64,000 nucleotides of DNA. Origin: Candidatus Poriferisocius sp. (GTDB lineage: Bacteria > Actinomycetota > Acidimicrobiia > Acidimicrobiales > Bin134). A program made the translations under genes and the position numbers. The notes under the pieces were generated by a model. The model was given only the letters and a program-made list of their open reading frames with translations. It was not told the DNA's origin and did not search any database. The stretch is from NCBI RefSeq assembly GCF_965208475.1, contig NZ_OZ242338.1, positions 1,426,782 through 1,490,781 on the forward strand, read 5' to 3'. Numbering within the stretch: position 1 is the stretch's first letter; every line of letters begins with the position of its first letter. This document shows, in pieces, positions 50,876-61,260 of this stretch.

Positions 50876-52063
50876 TCAGCCCCGGGTTCCGTAGGCGGCC
50901 AGACAGGGGACCAGCATCTCAGCCGAGGTCAGCGAGCCGTGGCGGGCGATCAACTGGAACGCCGCCTTCGACTCTTTGCCCGAAGGATTTTTCGCCGGGG
51001 GCTTGGGCTCGGTGAACGCCACCGGGTCGCGCGGCGCCAAGACCACATCGCCCATCCGCGACCGAGCCTCCGGGCTCACCCGGGGACCGAGCCACTCCTC
51101 GTCCAGAACCTGCTGCCGCCCGGCCACCAGGCCGTAGCGGCCGTAGCGGTCGGCGGCCGCCGCCAACAGCTCGGCAGCCCGGCCGGGCCGGGCGTGCAGC
51201 CAGCGGAACCGGGCCTCCCCCGAGACCACCGCCGACAGGGCCAGCACCTCGCGGTCGAGTTCCACGGTGGCGTCGCCCACCATGACCAGACCGTGGTCGG
51301 ACACCACCACCAGCGCCGCCTCCGGGGGCAGCGCGGCCAGGAGCTGGGCCACCAGATGGTCCACATCGGCGTACTCGGCGTCCAGGTGGGGGCCGAATCC
51401 GTACTCGTGGGCCACCCGGTCGGGCCCGTCGTAGTAGGCGTACACCAGCGGTGCGCCGCCGTCCACCAGCATCTGCGCCTCCACCGCGATAGAGCTGGTC
51501 AGCTTGTAGCCCCGGTGGTCGACCCCGTCGAGATGGGCCCGGGTGAAGCCGGTCCCGCGGAACTCGCTGCGGCCCACCACCGGCACCCGCCGCCCGAAGA
51601 AAGGGGGCCGGGTCTGCACCTGCTCGGGCACGATCGTCTTGCGGGCATCGGCCTTCTTCGGCCCCGCCGTCCATCGCAAGGCGTTCAACACCTGTCCCTG
51701 GATGTGTATCTGGTAGCCGATCAGGCCGTGCTCGCCGGGGGTCGCGCCAGTGGTCAGCGAGGTCAGCGCCGTGGTGGTGGTGGTGGGCGCCACCGTGGTG
51801 ATGGGGCCGCCTTCCATGGCCGACAGCACCGGGGCCAGCCCAGCCCGCACCTGAAGCTGCTCCCACCCCATGCCGTCCACCAGCAACAGCACCACTGCCT
51901 TGGCGTCGCGGGCCGGCGCGGGCAGCCAGCCCGAGGCGTCCGGCGGGCCGAGCAGGGCGGGCACCACGTTGCTCAGACAAGCCCCCCGGTAGTCGGGCAG
52001 CACCGGGAAACCTCTCCCCGGATCGCCGGTATCCAGCCTGTCGCTGCCGCGGTCACTACCCAT
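50876..52063 (-). CDS. Alkaline-phosphatase superfamily protein (nucleotide pyrophosphatase/phosphodiesterase-like)
   Basis: 'VVLLLVDGMGWEQL', 'LTSLTTGATPGEHG', 'YYDGPDRVAHEYG' and 'VVSDHG' metal-site motifs. Confidence 0.75.
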   Translation of the reverse strand: MGSDRGSDRLDTGDPGRGFPVLPDYRGACLSNVVPALLGPPDASGWLPAPARDAKAVVLLLVDGMGWEQLQVRAGLAPVLSAMEGGPITTVAPTTTTTALTSLTTGATPGEHGLIGYQIHIQGQVLNALRWTAGPKKADARKTIVPEQVQTRPPFFGRRVPVVGRSEFRGTGFTRAHLDGVDHRGYKLTSSIAVEAQMLVDGGAPLVYAYYDGPDRVAHEYGFGPHLDAEYADVDHLVAQLLAALPPEAALVVVSDHGLVMVGDATVELDREVLALSAVVSGEARFRWLHARPGRAAELLAAAADRYGRYGLVAGRQQVLDEEWLGPRVSPEARSRMGDVVLAPRDPVAFTEPKPPAKNPSGKESKAAFQLIARHGSLTSAEMLVPCLAAYGTRG

Positions 52064-52183
52064 CGAGCCTTCAACCTAACCGCCCACCACCGCCCACCAC
52101 CCGCATTGCAATGCCCCGAACACAGTGCCAGCCAATGGCACCAGCACATCACCGGCAAACAGCCACCACTAGGGTGAGGGGCG

Positions 52184-52627
52184 GTGAGAGTATCGACGCG
52201 GGGGGACTACGCCAGCCGGGCGCTGCTGTCGCTGGCCCTGCACGCCGAAGAGGCCGGCCCCACCTCGGTGCGCGACATCGCCGAGCGCACCGGCCTCCCC
52301 CAGCCCTACCTGGAGCAGATCCTCCAAGCCCTGAAAGGGGCAGGGCTGGTCCGCTCCAAACGGGGGGCGGGCGGGGGCTACGCCTTGGCCCGCCCGGCCG
52401 ACGAGATCAAGCTGAGCGAGATCGTCAGCGCAGTGGACGGGCCAATCGTGCTCGGCGATTTCGGAGAACCCCACCAAGACGGGGCCTGCGACCACGAGGG
52501 CCAGTGCGTGCTGCTGGCCATTTGGACCCACGCCGGCGACATCATGCACGACCTGCTCAGCGACTACACCCTGGCCGACATCGCCATGGCCGCCAGCGGC
52601 CTGCTCCCCTGGCCCGGAACCGACTGA
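52184..52627 (+). CDS. Rrf2 family transcriptional regulator
   Basis: 'MRVSTRGDYASRALLSLA...SVRDIAERTGLPQPYLEQILQALKGAGLVRSKRGAGGGYALA'. Confidence 0.9.
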   Translation: MRVSTRGDYASRALLSLALHAEEAGPTSVRDIAERTGLPQPYLEQILQALKGAGLVRSKRGAGGGYALARPADEIKLSEIVSAVDGPIVLGDFGEPHQDGACDHEGQCVLLAIWTHAGDIMHDLLSDYTLADIAMAASGLLPWPGTD

Positions 52628-52677
52628 CGCCCCCTCAGCGCCTGCTCCTGTGGCCCCGGTATCGACTGATCTCCCAG

Positions 52678-53631
52678 TTACTGTTGGAGAAGCCGGTAGA
52701 GCCGGGAGAGGTCCGCGGGAAGCTCGGCCTCAAAATGGAGCCGTTCGCCGGTACCGGGATGGTCGAAGGCCAGGGTGCGGGCGTGCAGCGCAGGGCGGCC
52801 GATGCCGACGACGGTCGGGCCGCCGTAGAGGTCGTCGCCCAGTACCGGGTGGCCGATGGCGGCCAGATGCACCCTGATCTGATGGGTGCGTCCGGTTTCC
52901 AGCTCCAGTTCCAAACAGGCGGTGTCATAGGCAACCACATCGTCGGATGACTCGGCGCCGGCCGGCATTCGGGCCGCAACCCGATAGCGGGTTCGAGCCG
53001 GGCGGCCGTCGGCGGCCACCGCCATCTTGACGGGGTGGCGGGCAGAGCGGCCCACCGGGGCGTCGATCACCCCCCGGTCGTCGGGCGGCATTCCCGCTAC
53101 CAGGGCGGTATAGCCCCGATGAACCTCCCGCCGGCCCAACGCCGCGGTAAGCGCCTCATGGCCATCCGGTGTGCGGGCCACCATGAGCAGCCCCGAGGTG
53201 CCCTTGTCGAGCCGGTGGACAATACCGGGCCGCTCCGGCGCGCCCACCTCGGCAATCTCGGGGAACCGGGCCAGCAGGCCGTTCACCAACGTGGCCGACC
53301 CATGGCCCGATCCGGGGTGGACCACCAGATTGGCCGGCTTGTGTACCACGATCACCTGTTCGTCGGCGTGCAGCACCTCGATCTCTACTGAAGGGTCAGG
53401 CCCCGGTGCCAGCCGGCCCGCCGACGGGGCCTCCAGCAGCATTATCTGATCGCCGATCACCATCCGCTGCGACCGCCCGTCGGCTGGAGCACCGTTTATC
53501 GCCACCTTTTGGCCATCGATCAGGCGGGCGGCCTCGGCTCGGCTGCATTCCCACACCAGCGCCACCACCCGGTCAAGGCGCTCGCCGGCCAGCGCCTGGG
53601 GCACAACTCCCTCAAGGCTCAAGGGACTCAT
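52678..53631 (-). CDS. rluD: RluA-family 23S rRNA pseudouridine synthase
   Basis: S4-like N-terminus and 'HRLDKGTSGLLMVA' catalytic motif. Confidence 0.85.
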   Translation of the reverse strand: MSPLSLEGVVPQALAGERLDRVVALVWECSRAEAARLIDGQKVAINGAPADGRSQRMVIGDQIMLLEAPSAGRLAPGPDPSVEIEVLHADEQVIVVHKPANLVVHPGSGHGSATLVNGLLARFPEIAEVGAPERPGIVHRLDKGTSGLLMVARTPDGHEALTAALGRREVHRGYTALVAGMPPDDRGVIDAPVGRSARHPVKMAVAADGRPARTRYRVAARMPAGAESSDDVVAYDTACLELELETGRTHQIRVHLAAIGHPVLGDDLYGGPTVVGIGRPALHARTLAFDHPGTGERLHFEAELPADLSRLYRLLQQ

Positions 53632-54181
53632 CGGGCGGGACCTGTGCAGACACCGGCTCAGGCCGGCGATGGCGGGGAGCGATCAGAACCAGGGTGATCC
53701 CGGCCACCACGATGGCGGCGTCGGCCGCGTTGAACACCGGCCACCACTGGAGGTCGACGAAGTCCACCACCGCCCCGCCCAAGAACCCGTCGCCGGCCCT
53801 GGCCGCCCGGTCGGCCAGGTTGCCCACCGCCCCGCCCAGCACCATGCCCAACAGCGCCGGCGGCAGCGTCAGGCGGCGGCCTCCCCAGCTGGCCCAGGCC
53901 ACCACGGACACAAACAGCAGGGCGACCACCGCGATGGCGGTCTCGAGATCCTGGCCCAGGCCGAAGGCGGCCCCGGTGTTGTGAACCAAGTGCAGCCGCA
54001 AAGTCCACACCAAGTCGATGTCCCGGTCGTCCAGGGCCTCCAGCGCCCACCACTTGGTCAACTGGTCTACGGCCACCACCAACGCAGCCACCACCAGCAA
54101 TACCTGGTTGTGGCGCCGGCTAGACCGGGGCTCTGCCCCGGCCGGGGAATCAGCCCTAGAATCCACCGGCTTTGTGCTCAA
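53612..54181 (-). CDS. lspA: Lipoprotein signal peptidase II
   Basis: 'VHNTGAAFGL', 'GGAVGNLADR' and 'VVDFVDLQWWPVFNAADAAI'. Confidence 0.9.
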   Translation of the reverse strand: MSTKPVDSRADSPAGAEPRSSRRHNQVLLVVAALVVAVDQLTKWWALEALDDRDIDLVWTLRLHLVHNTGAAFGLGQDLETAIAVVALLFVSVVAWASWGGRRLTLPPALLGMVLGGAVGNLADRAARAGDGFLGGAVVDFVDLQWWPVFNAADAAIVVAGITLVLIAPRHRRPEPVSAQVPPDESLEP

Positions 54182-54638
54182 CCCGCTCAGCCGCCCACGG
54201 AATGGCGTTGAGCCGCTGGCGGGGGATCGGCTTGCCCGACACCAGGCAAATGCCGTAGCTGCCGTTTTCGATCCGGGCCAGGGCGGCGTCGATCTGATCG
54301 ACCGCGGCCCGGGCGTGGGCGCTTAGCGCCAGGTCGCGCTCCCGCTCCACCGCCAGGGTGTCGCCCTCGCCCGACTCCTCGTCGAACTGGACGTCGCCGG
54401 GCTCCCGCTCCTCCACCAGGGAGTCGGCCTCAGCCTTGAGCCGGGTGGCCGAGGTGACATAGCGGCTGCGCTCTTCCAGCAGCAACCGGCGCTGCTTGTC
54501 CAGGTACTTGGCATCGAAGAGCGGCTTCTTGGCCGCGGGCTTCTTCGCCGCGGGCCCGCGGTCGCCGGCTTTTTTCTCTGCCGGCTGTTTTGGTGCGGTC
54601 TTCTTGGCAGCCATCGCAGGCGGGAGTGTAGCCGCCAT
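54156..54638 (-). CDS. DksA/TraR-family protein with Lys/Ala/Pro-rich N-terminal tail and degenerate zinc finger
   Basis: Coiled-coil 'LLLEERSRYVTSATRLKAEADSL' and C-terminal 'YGICLVSGKPIPRQRLNAIPWAAERVEH' (only 1 of 4 Cys present). Confidence 0.65.
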   Translation of the reverse strand: MAATLPPAMAAKKTAPKQPAEKKAGDRGPAAKKPAAKKPLFDAKYLDKQRRLLLEERSRYVTSATRLKAEADSLVEEREPGDVQFDEESGEGDTLAVERERDLALSAHARAAVDQIDAALARIENGSYGICLVSGKPIPRQRLNAIPWAAERVEHKAGGF

Positions 54639-54714
54639 TCGCTTCCCAATGGCCCAGGGGGGCTAAACAATGTCCGAACCTGCTTTTTGACCGGTTATTT
54701 TGTGGTTTCCCGCC

Positions 54715-57700
54715 ATGCCTGGAGGCCCTTTGACCGACCCGACCACCCCCTACCCCGAAGTCGATCCCAAGCCCTCCTTCCCCGAGATCGAGCGCCGGGT
54801 GCTGGAATCGTGGGTCCAGGACCAGACCTTCGCCCATTCGGTGCAGGGGCGGCCCGCCGGCGCCGACGGCGAAAACGAGTACGTGTTCTACGACGGCCCC
54901 CCGTTCGCCAACGGACTCCCCCACCACGGCCATCTGCTCACCGGCTACGTCAAAGACGTGATCCCCCGCTACCGCACCATGCGGGGCCGCCGGGTGGAGC
55001 GCCGTTTCGGATGGGACTGCCACGGCCTGCCCGCCGAGATGGAGGCCGAGAAGGAGCTGGCGGTGTCGGGGCGGGCCGCCATAACCGCCTACGGCGTCGA
55101 CCGCTTCAACGACTACTGCCGCCAATCGGTGCAGCGCTACACCCAGGAGTGGGAGACCACCGTGGCCCGACAGGCCCGCTGGGTGGACTTCGACAACGAC
55201 TACAAGACCATGGACCTGCCCTACATGGAATCGGTCATGTGGGCGTTCAAGACGCTGTGGGACAAGGGCCTCGTCTATGAGGCCTACCGGGTGATGCCCT
55301 ACTCCTGGGCCGCCGAAACCCCGCTGTCCAACTTCGAGATACGGCTGGACGACGCCACCCGGCCCCGGCAGGACCCGGCCATCACCGTGGCTTTCGACCT
55401 GCTGCCCGAGCCCGGCGACCCGGGGCCGATGCGCATGCTGGCCTGGACCACCACCCCGTGGACCCTCCCATCCAACCTCATGCTGATCGTGGGACCCGAA
55501 GTGGAATACGCCATCGTGGAGCACGACGGCGGCCATGTGGTGCTGGCCGCGGCCACCCTGGAGGCCTATGGGGCCGAGCTGGGACAAAGCCGGGTGGTGG
55601 GCGCGGTAGCCGGGACCGAGCTGATCGGCCGGCGCTACCAGCCCCTGTTCGACTACTTCGCGCCCCTGGCCTCCAACGGCGCCTTCCGGGTGGTGGGGGC
55701 CGAGTTCGTGGACACCGCCGAGGGCACCGGCGTGGTCCATGCCGCCCCCGGCTTCGGCGAGGACGACCAGCAGGCGGCCGAGGCCAACGGGGTGCCCGTG
55801 GTGGTTCCGGTGGACGACCAGGGCCGCTTCACCGCCGAGGTGGCCGACTGGTCGGGCATGAACGTGTTCGAGGCCAACCGGGGCATCATCGCCCGGCTCA
55901 AGGAGCAGGGGCGGATTCTGCGCCACGCCACCCAAGAGCACAACTACCCGCACTGCTGGCGCACCGACGAGCCGATCATCTACCGGGCACTCAGTTCGTG
56001 GTTCGTGCGGGTCACCGAGATCCGCGACAAGATGCTGGCGCTGAACCAGCAGATCAACTGGGTGCCGGGCCACGTGCGAGACGGCAGGTTCGGCACCTGG
56101 CTGGAGGGGGCGCGGGACTGGTCGATCAGCCGGAACCGATTCTGGGGATCGCCCATCCCGGTGTGGCGCAGCGACAACCCCGAGTACCCCCGGATCGACG
56201 TGTACGGCGGCCTAGACGAGATCGAGCGGGACTTCGGCGTTCGGCCCGTCGACCTGCACCGGCCGTTCATCGACGAGCTCACCCGCCCCAACCCCGACGA
56301 CCCCACCGGCGCCTCGGCCATGCGGCGGGTCCCCGAGGTGCTCGACTGCTGGTTCGAGTCGGGGTCGATGCCCTTCGCCCAGGTCCACTATCCGTTCGAG
56401 AACAAGGAGTGGTTCGAGCACCACTTCCCGGCCGACTTCATAGTGGAGTACATCAATCAGACCAGGGGCTGGTTCTACACCCTCCACGTGCTGGCCTCTG
56501 CCCTGTTCGACCGGCCGGCGTTCAACAACGTGATCTGCCACGGCATCCTGCTCGACGCAGAGGGCAGGAAGCTGTCCAAGAAGCTCAGAAACTACACCGA
56601 GCCCGAGGAGGTCTTCGCCACCAAGGGCTCCGACGCCCTGCGCTGGTACCTGATGGGCTCGCCCATCGTCCGGGGCGGCGACCTCCGCCTCGACGACTCG
56701 GGGCTCGACGACGTGCTGCGCCAGGTGATCATCCCCATCTGGAACGCCTATTACTTCTTCGCGCTGTACGCCAACGCCGACGGCATCCGCGCCAAGCCCC
56801 GAGCCAGCTCCGAGGAGCTGTTGGACCGCTACATCCTGGCCAAGACCCGCCAGTTGGCCGAGGCGGTCACCCAGCGCATGGACGCCTATGACCTGCCCGG
56901 CGCCGCCTCTGAGCTGGAGGGGTTCATCGACTCCCTCAACAACTGGTACATCCGTCGCAGCCGAGACCGGTTCTGGGCGCCGGCCCGCCCATCGTCGGCC
57001 GACGGCAAACAGGATGCCTACGACACGCTGTACACCGTGCTCACCACCCTGACCCGGCTCTTGGCCCCGTTCCTGCCCCTGGTGTCCGAGGAGATCCATC
57101 GGGGCCTCACCGGGGACTCGAGCGTTCATCTGTGCGATTGGCCCGATCCCGCCGAGCTGCCAGCCGACCCCGAGCTGGCCGCGGCCATGGACCGGGCCCG
57201 CGATGTGTGCTCCACGGGGCTGCGGGTGCGAGAGGACGAGGGGATTCGGGTCCGCCAGCCCCTGATGTCGCTCACCGTGGCCGGTAGAGAGGTAAGCGCT
57301 CTGGCGCCGTTCGCCCACCTGATCGCCGATGAGGTGAACGTGAGGGAGGTCGTTCTCAGCGACGACCTGACGGCCTACGGCCAGTTCGTGCTCCGTCCCA
57401 ACGGCCAGGTGCTGGGGCCCCGCCTGGGCCAGAGCGTGCAGGAGGTGTTCGCCGCCGCCCGATCGGGCCGGTGGGCCCACAACCCCGATGGCACCGTCAC
57501 CGCAGCCGGCCACACACTGTCAGGCGCCGAGTTCGAACTGGCCCTCAACCCGGCCGAGGGCACCAGCGCCGCCGCACTGCGCACCAACGATGCCCTGGTA
57601 GCCGTGGACACCGCGGTCAGCCCCGAACTCGCCGCCGAGGGGATTGCCCGAGACGTGGTCCGGGCGATCCAAGCCGAGCGCAAGAACCAAGACCTCGACG

Positions 57701-57900
57701 TCACCGATCGGATCACCGTGACCCTCACCGCCGACAGGGAGATCATCGACGCGATCAGAGCCCATGAGGCCTACGTCTGCGATCAGGTCTTGGCATCCGC
57801 CGGGCCTGAACTGGTCGTCTCCGGCGTGGCGCCGGTTCTCGCCGGCACGCCGGCCATCGCCGCTGGCCCGCTCCGCATCGAATTGGCAAAGACCGACTAG
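54715..57900 (+). CDS. ileS: Isoleucine--tRNA ligase (type 2)
   Basis: 'PPFANGLPHHGHLL' (HIGH) and 'KLSKKLRN' (KMSKS). ATG 54715; the ORF-track start at 54700 is a TTG. Confidence 0.95.
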   Translation: MPGGPLTDPTTPYPEVDPKPSFPEIERRVLESWVQDQTFAHSVQGRPAGADGENEYVFYDGPPFANGLPHHGHLLTGYVKDVIPRYRTMRGRRVERRFGWDCHGLPAEMEAEKELAVSGRAAITAYGVDRFNDYCRQSVQRYTQEWETTVARQARWVDFDNDYKTMDLPYMESVMWAFKTLWDKGLVYEAYRVMPYSWAAETPLSNFEIRLDDATRPRQDPAITVAFDLLPEPGDPGPMRMLAWTTTPWTLPSNLMLIVGPEVEYAIVEHDGGHVVLAAATLEAYGAELGQSRVVGAVAGTELIGRRYQPLFDYFAPLASNGAFRVVGAEFVDTAEGTGVVHAAPGFGEDDQQAAEANGVPVVVPVDDQGRFTAEVADWSGMNVFEANRGIIARLKEQGRILRHATQEHNYPHCWRTDEPIIYRALSSWFVRVTEIRDKMLALNQQINWVPGHVRDGRFGTWLEGARDWSISRNRFWGSPIPVWRSDNPEYPRIDVYGGLDEIERDFGVRPVDLHRPFIDELTRPNPDDPTGASAMRRVPEVLDCWFESGSMPFAQVHYPFENKEWFEHHFPADFIVEYINQTRGWFYTLHVLASALFDRPAFNNVICHGILLDAEGRKLSKKLRNYTEPEEVFATKGSDALRWYLMGSPIVRGGDLRLDDSGLDDVLRQVIIPIWNAYYFFALYANADGIRAKPRASSEELLDRYILAKTRQLAEAVTQRMDAYDLPGAASELEGFIDSLNNWYIRRSRDRFWAPARPSSADGKQDAYDTLYTVLTTLTRLLAPFLPLVSEEIHRGLTGDSSVHLCDWPDPAELPADPELAAAMDRARDVCSTGLRVREDEGIRVRQPLMSLTVAGREVSALAPFAHLIADEVNVREVVLSDDLTAYGQFVLRPNGQVLGPRLGQSVQEVFAAARSGRWAHNPDGTVTAAGHTLSGAEFELALNPAEGTSAAALRTNDALVAVDTAVSPELAAEGIARDVVRAIQAERKNQDLDVTDRITVTLTADREIIDAIRAHEAYVCDQVLASAGPELVVSGVAPVLAGTPAIAAGPLRIELAKTD

Positions 57901-57954
57901 TCGCCGGCCATCAGCCGATCGAGCCGGCCAAGGCCCATAAGCGGCCGGCTTCGG

Positions 57955-58473
57955 TCAGGAGTTCTGGTAGTCGGTCTGCTCCATGCGGCGCCGTTCCTCG
58001 GCCGACACCTCAACGTTGGAGGGGGTCAGCAGGTAGACGTGGTCGGCAACCCGCTCCATGCGGCCATCCAGCCCATAGCAGAGGCCGCTGGCGAAATCGA
58101 TGAGCCGCCGGGCCACCTCTCGGCTGCCGTGCTGCAAGTTCACGATGACCGCCTGTCCGCCTCGGAAGCAGTCCCCCACATCTTTGGCGTCGTCGAAAGA
58201 GGCGGGAGTCACCACCGACGGCTTGGAAGACACCGAGGGAATGGGGCGCACGAAGCTGGTATGGGGCTGCTCGGACTTCGTCTCGCCCCCAGACGGGTCG
58301 CTCGATGGTATCGGTCGGACCGAGCCGGTATCGCCTACCGGCGAATAGCGGTCTTCGGATGTCGGCGCCACGAGGCGCATGTCGGGCTCCTGGTCCATGT
58401 AGCTCCCAGAGGGGAACTCCTCCTCAGTCCCGAATCCGAGCCAGAACTTTGTTTTCTGCCACATGGATGACAT
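57955..58473 (-). CDS. sepF: Cell division protein SepF
   Basis: 'MSSMWQKTKFWLGFG' N-terminal membrane-targeting helix. 'AVIVNLQ...ARRLIDFASGLCYGLDGRMERVADHVYLLTPSNVEV'. Confidence 0.85.
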   Translation of the reverse strand: MSSMWQKTKFWLGFGTEEEFPSGSYMDQEPDMRLVAPTSEDRYSPVGDTGSVRPIPSSDPSGGETKSEQPHTSFVRPIPSVSSKPSVVTPASFDDAKDVGDCFRGGQAVIVNLQHGSREVARRLIDFASGLCYGLDGRMERVADHVYLLTPSNVEVSAEERRRMEQTDYQNS

Positions 58474-58586
58474 ATGCGCATCCCCCTCTCGGCAGTCGCT
58501 CACCTAATCCTGCCGATGGTACCCGAATCAGCCCGCAGATCGGGGTCATGGGGCTCTGATCCCCGTTCCACAGGGGGCGGAGGGCC

Positions 58587-59246
58587 TCAACGGGGGCGAG
58601 GCCCGAACAGCGCGGTGCCCACTCTGACCATGGTGGAACCCTCCTCCACCGCCACCTCCATATCAGCGCTCATGCCCATGGAGAGCTCGGGAAGGCCGAG
58701 ATCAGCGGCTTGGGCCGCCAGCAGGCGGAAACCGGGCCGGGCGCGCTCGGGCGGGCCGGGCTCTCCCACCGCCATCAGCCCGGCAACCTCGAGGCCGGCC
58801 TGTCGGCAGCCGGCGACGAGCTGAGCAGTGTCCTGGGCAGGGCATCCCCCGCGGCCCCCTACGCCGGCGGTGTCCACCTGGACGAGCACGCGGGCGCCCG
58901 GCGCCCACCGGGCAATCTCAATAGCGGTCTCCGTGCGGTCCACGCTCTGCCAGAGGTCTATCAAGCTCGCGACTTTGCGTATCTTGTTGCGCTGGAGCCG
59001 GCCGATGAAGTGCCAGCGGGGTCGGCGCCCGTCGTCGCGCCCTTCGCCGACGCTGTCTGCTTTTGCCAGCAGATCTTGGGCGTAGTTCTCCCCCACCTCC
59101 ATCAGGCCGGCGCCCATCGCAGCAAACACTGCCTCGGGGCCGAAGCCCTTGGTCACCGCCACTACCCGCACCCGGTCGCCCCCGACGCGCGTCAGCCGCT
59201 CCCGCAGCGCGCCCAGTCGGTGGGCGACTTCTGGCGCGCTGGTCAC
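58587..59246 (-). CDS. yggS: YggS-family pyridoxal-phosphate homeostasis protein
   Basis: 'VAVTKGFG', 'GENYAQDL' and 'WHFIGRLQRNK'. Confidence 0.85.
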   Translation of the reverse strand: MTSAPEVAHRLGALRERLTRVGGDRVRVVAVTKGFGPEAVFAAMGAGLMEVGENYAQDLLAKADSVGEGRDDGRRPRWHFIGRLQRNKIRKVASLIDLWQSVDRTETAIEIARWAPGARVLVQVDTAGVGGRGGCPAQDTAQLVAGCRQAGLEVAGLMAVGEPGPPERARPGFRLLAAQAADLGLPELSMGMSADMEVAVEEGSTMVRVGTALFGPRPR

Positions 59247-59276
59247 CGCACCGGCCGGCCGAAGCAGGCCATCGGG

Positions 59277-60362
59277 CTACCGGAGGAACGAGGGGATGTC
59301 GAACTCGTCTTCGACATCGGAGGCCAAGAGGTCGTCGTCGGCGCCACCGAACACATCGGCCACATCTGACGGGCCCGAAGAGTCGGCAACCGACATCCGA
59401 GTGGCCCGCTCGCCTTCCCACCGGTCGAACCCGGCGGCGATCACCGTCACCCTGATGTGGTCGCCCATCGCATCGTCCACCACCGTGCCGAAGATGATGT
59501 TGGCGTCGGGATGGGCCACCCCCTGAACAATCTCCGCGGCCTCATTGACCTCGAAGATGCCCAGATCCTGACCGCCCGAGATGCTCAGCAGGATCCCGCG
59601 GGCACCTTCGATGGAGGCCTCCAGCAGCGGGCTGGCGATGGCCTTGCGGGCCGCGCTGGCCGCCCGACCCTCGCCGGAGGAGATGCCGACGCCCATGAGC
59701 GCAGATCCGGCGTCCTGCATCACCATTCGCACATCGGCGAAGTCGGTGTTGATGAGCCCCGGCGTGGTAATCAGGTCGGTGATCCCCTGCACCCCCTGCA
59801 ACAGCACCTCGTCAGCCTTGCGGAACGCGTCCACAACCGAGGTGTGGTCGTCGGAGATGGTGAGCAGCCGGTCGTTGGGGATGACGATCTGGGTATCGAC
59901 CTTGTCCTTGAGGGCCTGGATCCCGCCCTCGGCCTGCACCGAGCGTCGGCGGCCCTCAAAGCCGAACGGACGGGTCACCACCGCGATGGTGAGCGCGCCG
60001 AGGCCCTTGGATATCTCCGCGATGACCGGCGCCGCCCCGGTGCCGGTGCCGCCGCCTTCTCCCGCGGTGATGAACACCATGTCGGCGCCGCTGAGCGCCT
60101 CCTCGATGTCCTTGCGGTGGTCAGTGGCGGCCTGGGCGCCGACATCGGGATCGCTGCCCGCGCCCAAACCTCGAGTCAGCTCTCGGCCGATATCGAGTTT
60201 CACCTCGGCTGAGCTCATGAGCAGAGCCTGGGCATCGGTGTTGACGGCCACGAACTCGACGCCGCGCAAGCCGGACTCGATCATGCGGTCAACCGCGTTG
60301 ACCCCGCCGCCGCCCACGCCGATGACCTTAATGACTGCCAAATAGTTCTGGGGTTCAATCAT
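59277..60362 (-). CDS. ftsZ: Cell division GTPase FtsZ
   Basis: '[14 protein letters not shown]' and '[13 protein letters not shown]'. ATG 60362 is preceded by GGAGTGAGGA. Confidence 0.95.
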   Translation of the reverse strand: MIEPQNYLAVIKVIGVGGGGVNAVDRMIESGLRGVEFVAVNTDAQALLMSSAEVKLDIGRELTRGLGAGSDPDVGAQAATDHRKDIEEALSGADMVFITAGEGGGTGTGAAPVIAEISKGLGALTIAVVTRPFGFEGRRRSVQAEGGIQALKDKVDTQIVIPNDRLLTISDDHTSVVDAFRKADEVLLQGVQGITDLITTPGLINTDFADVRMVMQDAGSALMGVGISSGEGRAASAARKAIASPLLEASIEGARGILLSISGGQDLGIFEVNEAAEIVQGVAHPDANIIFGTVVDDAMGDHIRVTVIAAGFDRWEGERATRMSVADSSGPSDVADVFGGADDDLLASDVEDEFDIPSFLR

Positions 60363-60386
60363 GGGATTCCTCACTCCAAAGCTCAA

Positions 60387-60467
60387 ACCTTAACTCTCAA
60401 CAAATGGTTTATATGAATGAGAGATTGAGGCTTCAGAACCTATTCCTCTAGTTGAGGTACATCCAGC
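60387..60467 (-). promoter_or_regulatory. AT-rich ftsQ-ftsZ intergenic region (probable ftsZ promoter/leader)
   Basis: About 80 nt of markedly lower GC (…caaatggtttatatgaatgagagattgaggcttcagaacctattcc…) directly upstream of ftsZ. Confidence 0.35.
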
Positions 60468-61259
60468 TTAAGGGCAGTTGTCCTGCCGGGTCAAGACGGG
60501 GAGCTCCGGGACGCTCAGATTCACCCTTTCCAAGCAGTTCAAGTCGACCCTTTCCAGCACGGTGGCCAGCGCGGTCGCCTTGCCGCGAGGGTCGTCTCGC
60601 GCTCCCCAATAGGCCTCACCGTCTCCGGGAAGCTCCACCACCACCTGGCCGCCCACCAGTGTGATCGAGCCGATGCCATCCCCTTTGAGAGGGATCAGGG
60701 CCTCGCTGGCCTCCAAGAGGGGCAATGCCGCATCCCGCAGCCAACCCCCTGGCTGGGGAACCGGGTTGACCAACACCACCGGCAGTTCCCAAGGAGTCGG
60801 GCTTTGCTGGAGCACCCTTCCCAGGGAATCGGCCAGCGCCCATCCCCCATCGACTGGGATCTGGGCCACCGCTTCTCTCTCGGTGACCTCAAGGGTTACC
60901 TTCCCCCCCCATGTCCGACTGGCCCGGACTTGATCCACCCAGGGCAAAGCGGCGATGGTTTTCCGGGGACCCGACAGGTCCAGCCCCAATAGCGGGGTTC
61001 CCACCTCCACCCCCGCGGCCTCCAGGATCTGGTCGGCGCCAGTGCGCGACGCGCCGATGACCTCGATCTCGTCCACATCCAAAAGAGGGCTCTGGAACAC
61101 CCCGAAGGCGGCGGCCGCCAAAACGACGGCAATCCCCGCGGTGATCCATGCCCGAAGCCGGCGACGGTTCAGAACGTCATTGCGCCGGGCCTCGATCCGG
61201 GGATCAACCGGAGGGCGGTGATCGGCCAGCCCGCCGTCAGGGGTCTGCACTGAGGGCAT
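60468..61259 (-). CDS. ftsQ: Cell division protein FtsQ (POTRA domain)
   Basis: Single TM helix 'WITAGIAVVLAAAAFGVF' and 'LLDVDEIEVIGASRT' POTRA start. ATG 61259 lies directly after the murB stop. Confidence 0.8.
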   Translation of the reverse strand: MPSVQTPDGGLADHRPPVDPRIEARRNDVLNRRRLRAWITAGIAVVLAAAAFGVFQSPLLDVDEIEVIGASRTGADQILEAAGVEVGTPLLGLDLSGPRKTIAALPWVDQVRASRTWGGKVTLEVTEREAVAQIPVDGGWALADSLGRVLQQSPTPWELPVVLVNPVPQPGGWLRDAALPLLEASEALIPLKGDGIGSITLVGGQVVVELPGDGEAYWGARDDPRGKATALATVLERVDLNCLERVNLSVPELPVLTRQDNCP

Positions 61260-61260
61260 C

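Noticed and set aside
54639-54714. Possible T-box leader upstream of ileS, as found in some actinobacteria
   Set aside because: Only about 75 nt are available and I see no T-box consensus (…AA.GGGUGGUACCGCG…) or specifier-loop architecture.
60903-60910. C8/G8 run inside ftsQ (also C7 runs at about 16124 and 17285) as further phase-variable tracts
   Set aside because: They are short, in frame, lie within essential or core genes, and do not disrupt any ORF. Such runs are expected by chance at this GC content.
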